A stretch of DNA of 64,000 bases from contig JAUZTB010000001.1 in the NCBI GenBank assembly GCA_034780895.1, positions 19,358,520 through 19,422,519 on the forward strand, written 5' to 3'. The position numbers and the translations under genes are program-made. The stretch comes from Rhynchobatus australiae. Its lineage: Eukaryota. Under the pieces are notes generated by a model. That model had not been told where the DNA came from. It did not search any database and saw nothing but the letters and a program-made list of their open reading frames with translations. Of this stretch, positions 12,331 to 25,030 are shown in pieces; the first letter of the stretch is position 1, and each line of letters begins with the position of its first letter.

Positions 12331-13839
12331 CATATTATACTTGGGGACAGGAAAGAAACTGATGTTAAAGAACTTCCAGCTAGGAGTGGAAATAAAATAT
12401 CTACTGACATGGATAAGGTTGGAAAAACATTAGAAAAGAATGATGCTGCCCTTATCAAAAACTCTGTGGCCAAAAACTCCCTAGGCCTCAACACATCTTA
12501 AAAGCCNNNNNNNNNNNNNNNNNNNNNNNNNNNNNNNNNNNNNNNNNNNNNNNNNNNNNNNNNNNNNNNNNNNNNNNNNNNNNNNNNNNNNNNNNNNNNN
12601 NNNNNNNNNNNNNNNNNNNNNNNNNNNNNNNNNNNNNNNNNNNNNNNNNNNNNNNNNNNNNNNNNNNNNNNNNNNNNNNNNNNNNNNNNNNNNNNNNNNN
12701 NNNNNNNNNNNNNNNNNNNNNNNNNNNNNNNNNNNNNNNNNACTGGTGCCAAATAAGTACACATTCAAGATTGGGCACATTAAGGGAGGATGGAGGAAGT
12801 GTTCCATTAAAGATGACTGTCTCTATCTAATAGGCAATTTTAAGGCAGATAGGGATTTGAAATTGAATTTTTCAAGTGTTGGTGGATTTTAAAAAAGTGT
12901 TTATCTGACATTTTAACAGAGGTATTAACAAATTTATGGATTATATCTAAACAATTATCAGTTTTTGGAAGATCTAAGGCAAGATGTTCTACTTTAAAGC
13001 TTGTGGACAGTGATCACAGGTATCTGTACTGCAATATATAGTGTTTGCTTGGAGTACCCCCAAAATGGAAAGTTTTGCATGCCATACAATGTGAAATTAA
13101 AAAAACTATGAAATTCAGCCAACAACTATTTGATAAGAACAAATTCGCCAAAATAAATTCATCTTGTTGAAAATCAATAAAATGCTGATGCTGGAACTTT
13201 GAATACTGTTTACGCTGATTCTGGAAATTTCTGGAAATCAAAGTGAACAGCCATTTCCAGATTTCATTCATCCTCAAGTAATCTTCTCAAAATATTCACA
13301 AAAATGATTGGATCATGAACTTCAACTCATTGAGTATCTTCAACTGACTGCAGCACCCTGCAAGTATTAGTTGTTGTGACATACATTTTAACATCTCCTC
13401 CAAAAATTAAACTAACTTCATTATTCTGCAGCTGTCAAGTCCAATTACTGTTTATCAGGATCACATGAGCTGTTCTGGTCTTTAGGAACTATTAAAGACA
13501 GCAGTGAGCTATTGAAAATATCAATCCATCTCACAAATGACTTCATTCTTCCATCTTTTTATGTACTACTCTGGGATAACCTGATTCAAATCCAGTGTCT
13601 TTAAAATCTAAAATCCATTTAATTTGGCAGTGATCAACCTGCAATGTAAAATTTGTCATATTTATGTTTGAAATTAATATGGCATAATTAAACTCCAAGT
13701 TGTTGATACATACAGCATTTCAGTATGTTACTGTTTGCAAGAAACAAATCAAAAAGGTGAAAGATATTGGCAAATACAACAGCTGCTGAAGATAGAATTC
13801 TTTTTATTTAAACATTTAAAAAAATTATAAATTATCTTG

Positions 13840-14125
13840 TAGGACACAGAAGGAAGCGGGGAGAGCAATCTCATTAGTCCTGTTCTTTTACTCCCTTACA
13901 CTTATTCTCTCATACATGCCCAGCAACAACCCTGATTCTTTTTGTCATGAATGTACAGTAGGGGATAATTTACTGTCGGCAGTTAACCTACCAGTACATC
14001 CTTAAGATCTCGGAGGAAATCCAATGGTCACAGAGAGAAGTGCAATCTGTACACAGAATGGATCCAAGGTCAGGACTGTACCTGGGCCCCTGGAGTGGTG
14101 AGGCACCAATACTAATTGCTGTTAT
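13840..14125 (-). mobile_element. V-SINE-like element, diverged
   Basis: Similar to the copies at 3960-4195 and 33995-34320. Confidence 0.55.
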
Positions 14126-15969
14126 TGTTCTCCTTTATGACATTTAATGTATTTTTAATAAGCATGTTGAATGTAACTGGAATGTCTGCTGTAGTTCGTG
14201 GGTTTGTAAGAAGGTGGAATGATTTTGCAGGATCTGAATCTTCAAACTTTTGAACAGAAATCTTGAGGGTCATATTTATTCTGGACCATTATCCAAATTG
14301 TTAAACGTAGTATCAATGCAAATACAAGGAATGTGTGAAGTATTGTCGATAATTTGAAGACAAAACATAGTTTTAAAGGCATTTGTAATTGAGCCTTCGC
14401 AATCAGATAGGCAAACAATAGGAGTGCAAATCACCAAAGACCAGCAGTGGTATTTTGTAAGAATGGCTCTTCCAAAAGTCAATCATAAATGCATAATATG
14501 GTAAGAAAAGTGCCCTAATTCTCCAGTTGGTGCTTAGCTGTTCCAAGGTTTGATTTACAGTCTAGCTGAATTCAACTGGAATAGAGTTGGGAAAATGCAA
14601 AAGCTTAAATATCAGAGGCTAGTGAGGAATAAAATGACAGATTTTAGAAAGCATAAACTTGAGATGACTAAAAAAAAATTAGCTTCTAATATGGTTTCCT
14701 CATATGAATGCTGAGCAGGCCTGTTGATATTGACTAGGTTACACAAATGTCTAACATTTTGCAAAATTTATTCTTACAGAATTCCACATTCACATATGCA
14801 ATTAATGCTCAACTAACTTCTGTCATTTTCCTTTTAATACTTCTGGATGTAGTTTATCCATATCAATTACCCTCCACTTCAATAGCTTCAAATATTTTTC
14901 CAGAAGTTTGTTAATTTCACACGATCCAACTCAACCTATGCTGTATCTTGAAATCTGTTTTTTTTTGAGTCATGCAACTTTTCTTCCTCCTCTTGTTGAA
15001 AGTCAGTAACTTAGTTTTGGATGCCACATTTTTTTGTTCCAGGTTGCCCATTAATTTTTTTTTCAGGTGAACTGCTGTTTTTTTGCAAGTATAAATATCC
15101 TCCTTCCCTGAAAAAAAACATCTCTTGAAGCTATACCGAGGTACAGAGATACTGAGATTAAAGATCTCATCAAATGACTCTGAACCTAAGCATTTCTTCC
15201 ACGTACATCTTAGCAATGATATAGATGGTGTATTTATCCAGTCATTTAAGGAAATATAATTTTGGGGACATCTTAGTTTATCTAACTTAGCAAGAACATG
15301 CATTTACACAATGCTGGAATTTAATTAAAGATGCTTCATAAGAGCATTATCAAAACAATTTGATATAGCTACACAATGATATAAAAGCACAGAAGACCAG
15401 AAGTTTGGATGAGGACTTTGGTTTCAACAGCATCTTAAAAGGAAAAACATCAGAAAAGCAGAGAGTAGGGATTGAATTCCAGTATTCAGGGTCTTAACAG
15501 CTGAAGGCTATGCTCTAAGTGGTAGAACATTTAAAATCAGGGACATGCAAATAGGCCAAAATGAGGAGGAGTATGGATATCTCTGAAGCATGCAAGATTT
15601 GAGATGGGGGTGGAAAAGCCTTGGACTTGATCTTAAAATTCTCATTGTTTTCAGTGAGGCATTGCTCAACAGGAAGCCATGTTCAACACAAGCCTATGGG
15701 AGGTAGTCAGCCAATTCTCTTTGGCTGCAAGCACAGGGTCACAAAACTAGAAGACTGCCAATTCCTAGAGTATTAAAAGGGGAGAAAGGAAGATACTGAA
15801 CAGTTATATGCCACAATAACAGTCTTCATATTGATGGAAGGCAAATTACTGGAAAATTCTCAAGGACAATGCTAAATCATACAGGTTCCACAAAAATAGT
15901 CAGTGTGAATTTTCCTGTGTCATTGATAGGATGGGATTGATAACATGGATCGCAGGAGTATAGGATTAT

Positions 15970-17150
15970 TATAAATAGAGTCAGAGCACAGAAACAGGCC
16001 CTTCGGCCCAACTGGTCTTTGCTGACCAAGATTCCCATCCAAGCTGGTTCCACTTGCCTGTTAGGCCCATCCTCCTCTAAACCTTTCCAGGTGTCTTTCA
16101 AATGTTGTTAATGTACTTGCCTAAACCACTTCCTCTAGCAGCTAATTCCATTTGCAGACCACCTTCTGGGTGAAAAAGTTGCCCCTCAGGTTCCTATGAA
16201 ATCTCTCCCCCCGCACCCTAAACCCATATACTCTAGTTCTTGATTAAGTGGGTGCCTGATGGTCAGGATGGCTTGGTGGGTGCATTTGATGCATTCTATG
16301 GAGGTGAGATTCTAGAGTCATCAATGCCAAGCCCCTGCTAATCAGAAATTTGCTCACAAGTTTGTACATGATACCAAAAACTGCAGCATAATCAATGGAT
16401 TGCTTAGGTGTGGAAAATGGAATTCAGTCCAACTAAGTGAGAGATTATAAAAAATTGGGGTGGGCAAACAAAGTGAGGGGGAAACAAAGTGTTTTTTTAA
16501 GCCAGAGGGCTGAAGAGACTCAGCTACTAAGTACATTCAAGAAATGGATCAATAGATTTTTTTATATTAAGGGAATTAAGAAATACAAGGAGTACAAGGA
16601 AGTCACACTTGAGATAAAAGATCAGGCATAATCTTATTGAATAGCAAGCATGAGAGTTTGAATAATCAAACCATACTTCTATTTCTTATGTTTTTATGAT
16701 AGGATAATGAACTATATAGAGGGACAGAAAGATCTTGAGAGCCTATATCCAGAGAATACAATAGTATGAGCAAAGGTGCAGAAGAGATTAATGAGGTTGT
16801 TACCAAATGGGGAGAACTACAGTCATAAGGAGAGCCTGAAGGGCTAGGGTTCTTTTCTTTAGGAGGCTCAGGAGAGATTGAATTAAGGTATATAAAATTA
16901 TAAAAGGCCTACGGTGCATTGACAGGAAGGACTCTTCTCTTATCTGACTGTTAATGATTAGAATTTAAGAAAAAGGGTCAAAAGAATTATAAGGGAGCTG
17001 CAAAACAGAAGTATTTCCCTTAAATAGTGGTGGTGATACAGAACATACTGCCCAAAAAGGAGTTTAAACTAGAAATTCTCAACACAACTGAAGAGCACCC
17101 AAGTGAACATGTGCAGTATCACAACCTGCAAAGGTTACCCAACACAAGAT
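15970..17150. mobile_element. Cluster of CR1 fragments (minus-strand 3' tail at about 15970-16230, plus-strand pieces to about 17150)
   Basis: CAGAAACAGGCCCTTCGGCCCA tail; degenerate KFVHDTK and EKVQKRLMRLLP-like RT C-terminal motifs. Confidence 0.6.
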
Positions 17151-17879
17151 GGGGATGTACAAAAGTCATGGATGTGATTAGCTGTACGGTCTTTTTGCCT
17201 CAAATTTCTACTAATCATAAAGAATGATTTGAAAAGGTAATGAAGCAATTTCAGCAGGTTGGACTGGATAGAGTTGGGCAATATTACAAAAATAGATAGG
17301 ACATTACCCTCCATATTCCCGGTTCTTAGTACCTCATTAACCTGACATCTGATTACACTGCGAGATTCTCATTTCTCTAACATTAGACAGTATTGTTGCC
17401 AAATAAAGCTGCATTTTTTTTTTTCTTTGTTGCTGCAATTATAGGTTTTGGAATGCACGCTTCACAAATTAGGCCGAGATTGCCTAAACTCATCTCATTT
17501 AACTCATTTTATCCAAAAATACCATTTAGCTGGCTTGAATAAAAAAAATCACACTCATTAATAAACTATTGCATCCAGCTGCAAATAAAATTGGTGTACA
17601 AGGATTGTTCTACTTATTCCTAAATTAAAAAAAAGCCAAAGAAACTTAGTTTTGCCTTTAGTAGAAAAACAGAACATCTGGTTTTATTATTCAGCAATGA
17701 GTTCAATTATATACACTGCAATCTTCTTACTGATATTTGCTAGCACAAGTTCACCTTTCCTTTTTTCTTCCGAGACCATTGCTCCCCCATACTCCTCCAT
17801 ATTGTTCCATCATACTTTCAAAGGTTCCATCTTCTTCCAAAGTTAAAAATCGAGACTCCTGCTAGCATCTTTTACTCCA

Positions 17880-18100
17880 AGAGAAAATGCTGTAAATATT
17901 CAGCAGGTCAGGCTACATCTACTGAATGAAAAGCAGAGCTAACTTTCAGGTCATTCTTTCATCAGAACACCATGGGACATGAAGGGTCTTCAACTTGAAA
18001 CGTTAACTGTTTCTCTTTCCACAGATGCTGCCTGATCTGATGAATGCTTCCTTCATTTTCCGTTTTTATTCCAGATTTTCGGTATCAGCATTTTTTTGAT
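17880..18100. mobile_element. Penelope-derived foldback repeat with two opposed degenerate hammerhead-like cores
   Basis: Arms AAATGCTG..TCAGCAGGTCAGGC.ACATCT and ACAGATGCTGCCTGATCTGATGA..CATTTT are reverse complements. Minus-strand CTGATGA...GAAA at about 17944-17965 and plus-strand ATGAAGGGTC...GAAACGTT at about 17979-18004. Confidence 0.6.
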
Positions 18101-18469
18101 CTTCTTTTCCTCTAACACTTTCCATGCACCAAAAATCCAGAACTGCAAATCTCATATAATCTACACACTTAAAAACAAAAGATAGCATTGGATGACCAAT
18201 TAATATACTTCTTGCCTGTAGATTTTCATCCCTCCCTTAGGCTTCTTAAAATACAAGAGGAAGTCAAACTCAAATAAATAAAGCATTTTCAATGCACGAA
18301 TTGATTTACACTACTTTCGCAATGGTAATACAACTAGTGCCAACCCAATGGTTTGATGTGAAATAACTGATGTGAAACATTTCTAGTTTTGCTACAATGA
18401 ACTCTACAATGCTACAGCACAAAGCTGGTGTGAAATGTACATAGATAATTGCCATGGACTTGGCAATAA

Positions 18470-18900
18470 AACAATAACTTGCATTTATATTGTGCCTTTA
18501 CGATAGAATAATTGTCCCATGGTGTTTCAGACATGCAATATAAAAAAACAAACATTTCATGATTTAAAAAAAATTGATAAAAGGGACATCAAACAAGGTA
18601 TTAAAGGACAATGGGAGTTGGACAGCAGAGGGATGTTACTGAAAGAATTCCAGACCATGTTCAGACTCTTGCAAGGCTGAAGGCAAGGCAGCCAATGGAG
18701 GGCAAAGAGTGGGTGTAGGTTTGAAGAGTTGAGGTGGTGCAGAGTTGTTGCATGAGTAGGAAAAACTACACAGATAGGGGGCAGAAATTAAAGTGATTCA
18801 AATAACACAATGAAAACTTTAAATTGGAAACACCAGTGAATTAATCAGCTAGTGGAAGGACAATGGATGGTCCGGACAGTATGTAAGATGGGACTTGGTN
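18470..18900 (-). mobile_element. L2-like LINE 3' fragment
   Basis: Plus strand AACTTGCATTTATATTGTGCCTTT is the reverse of the L2-type 3' tail. Related pieces at about 15290-15620 and 50330-50860. Confidence 0.5.
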
Positions 18901-20961
18901 NNNNNNNNNNNNNNNNNNNNNNNNNNNNNNNNNNNNNNNNNTAGGAATCCTCAATGAGATCATGGCAGATGCTCTATTTCATATGCATTTTCATGCTCAA
19001 TCCACACATCGCTTGATTCTGTTGGCAACTAAAACTCCCAATCTTAGACTTCAATGTACTCATTGAGCACCATAACCCAGGGGTCAAAAATTACAGGAAT
19101 TCACTACCCTCTGGAATGATGTACCCCTTCCTCTATATTTCTGTTCCCTAATTCTGGATTAGTCAGAGAAAGCAGCTTCTGAGAATCGTAGGTACTTCAG
19201 TGACTGAATTGAATAGTATAGGTCTTTCCTACTCGATCTCTCCTCATAGGAAAAGTCTTGGGGAAACAATATGGTGAATCTATTCTGTACTGCCTCCAAA
19301 ACAAATGTTTTCTCAGGTATGGAGCCAAACTGCTTACTGTACTCAAGTGCAATCTCAAAGTGCTCTGTAAAAACAAAAAGCTGTTCCTTGATGGTATATT
19401 CCAACATTATTGAGAAGTCCAGAAGTAACAAGAAGCATGGATAAAAGTTACATTGAAACATAGGTTATGAGCCAAATGCTTGTTATTGGCAAGATGAGAT
19501 AAACCATCTTATTGCTGGAAACAATTTGGGATGAGAAGTATGCAATATTCATAGAATTACTGTATATTAAAACCAACAATAAAAGCTTGTAAATTTGACT
19601 AAGGCAAAGGACANNNNNNNNNNNNNNNNNNNNNNNNNNNNNNNNNNNNNNNNNNNNNNNNNNNNNNNNNNNNNNNNNNNNNNNNNNNNNNNNNNNNNNN
19701 NNNNNNNNNNNNNAAGCTTGTAAATTTGACTAAGGCAAAGGACATTACTGTGCCAGATTGGGGAATACTGTTTTGTTCAAATTGGTTTGCTACACTGATG
19801 CACAACTAGATTTTTCATAGAAAGTAAATGGCTTCTCATTGCCTAATTTAAGCTATTACAACTCCAATTCAGTATGTTCTAATTGGTTAAGGAACAAATT
19901 TCCAAGTTTGAAAAGCAAAACTGCAGCTAACAAAAAGCAGATTCATAAACAGTCTAAGTGCTATGGATGGTTCACTGCTTAGATTTTATGTAAATTATTC
20001 TTACTGCTGTAGAATAACTAATTCACAGGCTCCTGGCTAGATGGAGTAATGGCAGAACACACTGATTTTAAAAAATATTAGGCTGGCTGCACAACAGAGT
20101 ACATCACCACACAATTTCAAAATGGTAGTCAATGAGAAGATATCAGTGCATTTTGCCAGGAAAGCAAAATTGGAGGCAATATGAATGTGGATGAAAGTTG
20201 TAATCAACTCCATTGGCCAAGGTCCTCTATTCAATAAATGCGGCAAACGGAAGAGGGTTTTTTTTTGAAAGGGAGAAAATGGATTAAAATATAGGCTGAG
20301 AACAAGCAGGTACCCAATTGTGTTCCACCAACAAGACTTTTGATGCATTACTAACATGTTTTGTTAAATTAAAAGGTAGTACTATAATTCCCTTTTACTT
20401 GTACAAGAACTCTCACTAAGTTATTTGGAAAGTGAATTGAGAGTCAAAAAATTTTGGATCATAAAAGCTAAATTATTCAGCACTCTTTGAAAGATATCGT
20501 ACTCTCAAATTTGAGAGTGTTGTCAGTTGTGCATTATTTCAAAAACTCTATTATTTCAGTTTCATTAATTGCAGGANNNAGGGCAGCTGTTAGAAAGGTT
20601 TTCTTTCACCAAATTTCAAGCAAAAACCGTAGTTGAAATATAAAAGCTATAAAAATAGTTGAAAACTCAATTTATCATTCATGGCAATTCATTTAAAAGT
20701 GGATGCATATTAGTATAGACCAGAAATAAATTGAATTTCTTGAAAATACTTCTTGCTCTGTTCTTTATCTCGGCTCATAATTTTGTGTTAAAGTAACAGT
20801 GAGGCTCATCATTCTTCATGTGCAAATACTACAGCAATTCGAGTGAAGGGCAATGTGTGGTAAATGTGGAGATGCAATGCTGCTGGTTGAGATGCCATAT
20901 ACTGTTAATAATGTTGTGAAAATGACATCTTGTTGTTTGGATCACCACTGATTTGCATTGA

Positions 20962-20999
20962 GTAATGCAAGTTATGGTCTGTAATGCAAGTTATGGTCT
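20962..20999. repeat. Perfect 19-bp tandem duplication
   Basis: GTAATGCAAGTTATGGTCT x2. Confidence 0.9.
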
Positions 21000-22168
21000 A
21001 TGTCACAAATTTATAGCTAATCTGAAAAGCAACAAGGAATGTGTTCTGTAAGCACATAAGGTTCAGGCATATTTAATTAAACCCAGAATAGTTGTCAGAT
21101 TATCTTAATGATCTCATTGTTAAATTCTCCCAATGAATACCAAACGTCACAAAATGTGGAGCTGCATTTCTGAAGGTTTTAAATCAGTATTGCACATTTT
21201 AAAAATGAAATTTAGTATTAATTTCTGCTTCTTTTCACACTTAATTCAGTCTCTTTCCTTATTATTTTATCTTTATTAATGTCACATTAAAGTCATTTCT
21301 AATTTCTACTCGTCAGTCCTTGTGCTAGTCATTTTACAACCATTCATCCTAACTGGATGAGGAAATGCAGCTGCTATTCTGGTTCACTCAAGTCCCAGAT
21401 ACCCCATTTTATTTGCTGCAATTTCCTGCTTTCAAATCAGTAATTGATAGTACAAAATATCTGTTGAAATTAAACAGATTAAATAACACCAGCTCTCATT
21501 CATACAGCAAACAGTGGTTTATCATATTTCCACCAGACTATCGCGAATCAAGAAGTATTTTTATTTTATATTTCATGTCACTAAATATGATGCACACCAC
21601 CTTCATGGGTCAATCCAGGTGATTCAGTTTTTTTTACTGAAATAAATCTTGTCTTTACATAGTACTCACTAATAAATTCACCCCAAAATAAAGTTGCTGG
21701 GAACTCTGTATATAAATGTGGAGATGGCAATAGAAGTACCTGAAATATAAGTAAATAAAGATTCCCAAAACAAATACACTTTACATTCATTTCTCAGTGT
21801 ACCAGGTATCTGAATTTTCCTGATCAAAACATTTTTCCATCGCCCAAGTATTATTTAAAATTGGGAGCAAAATTTACATTGCAGTAATATTCATTGCAGT
21901 CAATTACACATGTAAAATAATATTCAAAATACCAATTGATTCTGTGAATTTGAAATATTAATAAATGGGGTACCTCATCGTTAATACATTTCAAAATGTA
22001 GCAGATGAAGAGGAATTTTTCTGATCAATACATTTCTTCCAATACCCTCAATAATTTCCCGCCCCCCCAGGAATATTTTAAATAGGGAGCAAAATTTACG
22101 TTGCAGAAATGTCTTGCATTCCTTAACACAAGTAAAATGTACTAATCACTTGGCATTTCAAAACTTAC

Positions 22169-23161
22169 CAAGAAGGTTGGCTCCTAGCAAAGGGAGGTGT
22201 GGTAGCAAAGAGTTGTTCAATTTTGTAGGTCCTGTTGCATGCCCAGCAGCTGAAATAGGTAGCAGCGATTCTGCCATTGACATAACTGCTGTCCCACCAA
22301 GAGTAGAGACAGCAAGTGCTGCTACCGATGTGGTAGTAGTAGTGGTTGCCTGGGATGAGGTTGCTATGGAAACCTCAGAATGATTAGTACCATGGTCCAA
22401 AGGAGAGTGCAGAACACTTCTCAACAGATGGGGATTCAGGGCCATTAGTCCCGGGGCTGCTGTGACAGCTGGGAGGAGGAGAGGATTTGTAGTAGTGTCA
22501 TTGCTTGAAAGGCTTGGTAAAGGGTTCCCCAGAGGGTTTGTCAAAAGGGTTTCTGGTCTGTTACTAACTAATTGATTGCTATGCAAATGATCTGGCAAGG
22601 GTTGGATCTGTGTCACTGAAGGTGAAGGGTGGTTTTGTTGCTGTAATAAATCTGGGAGGGTCAAGTTAAACGATGTAAGGGGTAGCATTGTAGTCTGTGT
22701 CTGGTTTTGAAACAATGTTGCCAAAAGTTGAACAGGTTGCAAAGTCTGTCCGGCCAAATCACCAGGAAGCAAAGTCAAAGCTGCATTTAAATTTGGGTTC
22801 AGAATTCCCAAAGGATTAACAGAGACTTCTCCTTTGCCATCTCCTGATGTAGGTAACATGCTCAGCATATTCTGGTTCAGGAGCTGTTGCTGGTTCATTG
22901 CTAAAGGAATGGACAGAGAGCCAAGGAGATTTGGGTTCACAGGGTGGGTATGATTGCTACTCGTAGGGACAGCATGTCCAAACTGAAAAGCCTGGTTCTG
23001 ACCAATGACGGGAAGTGTGCCCCCCATGGGGATCTGACTATGTAATGCATTTCCAGCTGCTGTTGTAACTATAACTCCATCTTGCAGAACGGATGTTGTC
23101 TTGGTAATGGCAAGTTGGTTGGTGCCAGCAATGGCCATGGATGCTGACTGGCCAGAACTAC
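22169..23161 (-). CDS. MBD5: MBD5 coding exon 5 (long form)
   Basis: TTTCAG|GT acceptor, [21 protein letters not shown]...[15 protein letters not shown], donor G|GTAAGT. 993 nt, phase 1 to 1. Confidence 0.94.
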
Positions 23162-24379
23162 CTGAAACCCACAGACAGGTTAAAGATGAGTAAAATATCT
23201 CAATTCTTTGTTTTACCATTTACAATGAATGCAGTTCACATATTGATTTTTACATTAACAATTCAACACGGGAACCAACATTGCAGAAAGATTAATTACT
23301 GGAAGGTTGTTTGATTATCCGGTTTCCAAATAATTTCAAAAGAGAGGACTGTCACATTGGCCAGCTCTTCATTTTGTTTGTTACAACTTGGGTATATTAA
23401 ATCCATTCCTAAAACATCATTAACAAAATATTTAAACCTAAGCTGTAAAATTATTAAATATTACACTGAAAAAGCTCTCTTTCATAACAAAAAGTAGGAA
23501 GCTATATCATGAGGCAATACAAAAGACATTTGAATTCAAATCAAAAGTAATGCTCAAAGCAGAAAGATTAATAGTGACTAAATTAGAACTTATGAAACCA
23601 AAACACGTTTTTTGTTTAAATGAAAATAGGTTCCAAAGTACACATAGGATAAATTGAGTGTGAAAAATTTTGAAAGCACCTCTAATTTTTTTTTTGGTGT
23701 GGTCAATACTTCGAATTGGCTTTAAATGATCTTTTTTGAACTTCAGACAAACAATTTAAATTCTTAAACTTTTCATTATTGTTGTCAATCTATCCAAGGC
23801 ACACAAGAGATAAGTCATTCCTGAAATTTGTATCTGAAGATAAAAATGAAGTTAAAGTAACTGATATTTTGAGCTGCCTTTGGAAACCTGTGAACTACAA
23901 TGGGTAAATGTCAGTGCATAATACAAGCATTTTCTGTGTCAATATTCAAATGGAACAGAAGACGGATTTGCCCAAATCAATACTCATCAGTCAAAATCAG
24001 AAACAATTGAAATTTTGGCATCATGTCAAATGTTTGCAATTAATACAATGAGGGTGGCCACTGGACTGATTTCTTTTTCCTTGATTTCTTGAGGGCATCT
24101 GTTAAGGTGCTACACAGGAAAATTAAGTATTTACTTGTATTTATATATACTAAAAGTAGCAAGGGAAACAGGGATTAGATGATGTTTAAAGAACAAGCAG
24201 CTTAGAATAGTGATAGGTAAATGCTTTTCCCACCTGGAATGGATACAAAATATCATATTTAGCTGGGACCTTTGTCCTTCTCAATACATGCAAGTAATCT
24301 AAATTTTGGTATATTACAACTTCAAAATTTCTACAGACAAGCAGTTGCAGATAACTGGAAAGACTGATCAATCTTTATA

Positions 24380-25030
24380 TGCAGATAGACATCAAATCAA
24401 ATTTAATGCTGAGAAAGATAATACATTTGGGGGGGGAAGAAAAATATGACAACATAGACCATATGATTAAAAGAGGGGAATAAAAATTAAAGTTGTGGGG
24501 ACATGTTATTAAATATGAATAAAACATCATGTTGGCCTAGATTTTTTGTAAACAACTTGGAATACAAAGTACTGAACAAATATAAGTCACCGGTTAAACC
24601 GTTGTCAGAAAATTGTGCCTATTCTGGATAGCTCACTTTCAAAGGTTATAGACATGGACAGGTTTACGGAAAGGCTGTGAGAGGAAGGAAAGATTAGAAA
24701 AACCTGAAGTCAACTGAATTTGACAACATCTAATAGAGATGTTCAAAGATGTGAGGATTTGTTAAGAAGAATCAGAAAAGATATATTGCTAGTTAGAGAG
24801 TTAAGTTGTGAGCTAGATCATCAAGGATGAAATTAACGTTTAAAGAGGAAGAATATATTATGACGGAAATGAAATCACAATAGCTTTTACTAAAAAAATA
24901 CTTTCATGTGAAACATTAAAGGGCAAGAGCAGGGTAATAGAATAACTGTAAAGCTCCCTTGGAGACCTGGAATATGTGAAGTTAGCCCAAATACCTCCTC
25001 TTGTGCTGCAACATTTTGTAATTCCATGAT
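24380..25030 (+). mobile_element. Ancient CR1 3' fragment
   Basis: Degenerate YKSPVKPLSENCAYSG (consensus YKSLVRPHLEYCVQFW). Confidence 0.5.

Noticed and set aside
14917-15303. 128-aa Lys-rich ORF
   Set aside because: Composition follows poly-T/A runs; no recognisable domain or convincing splice sites.
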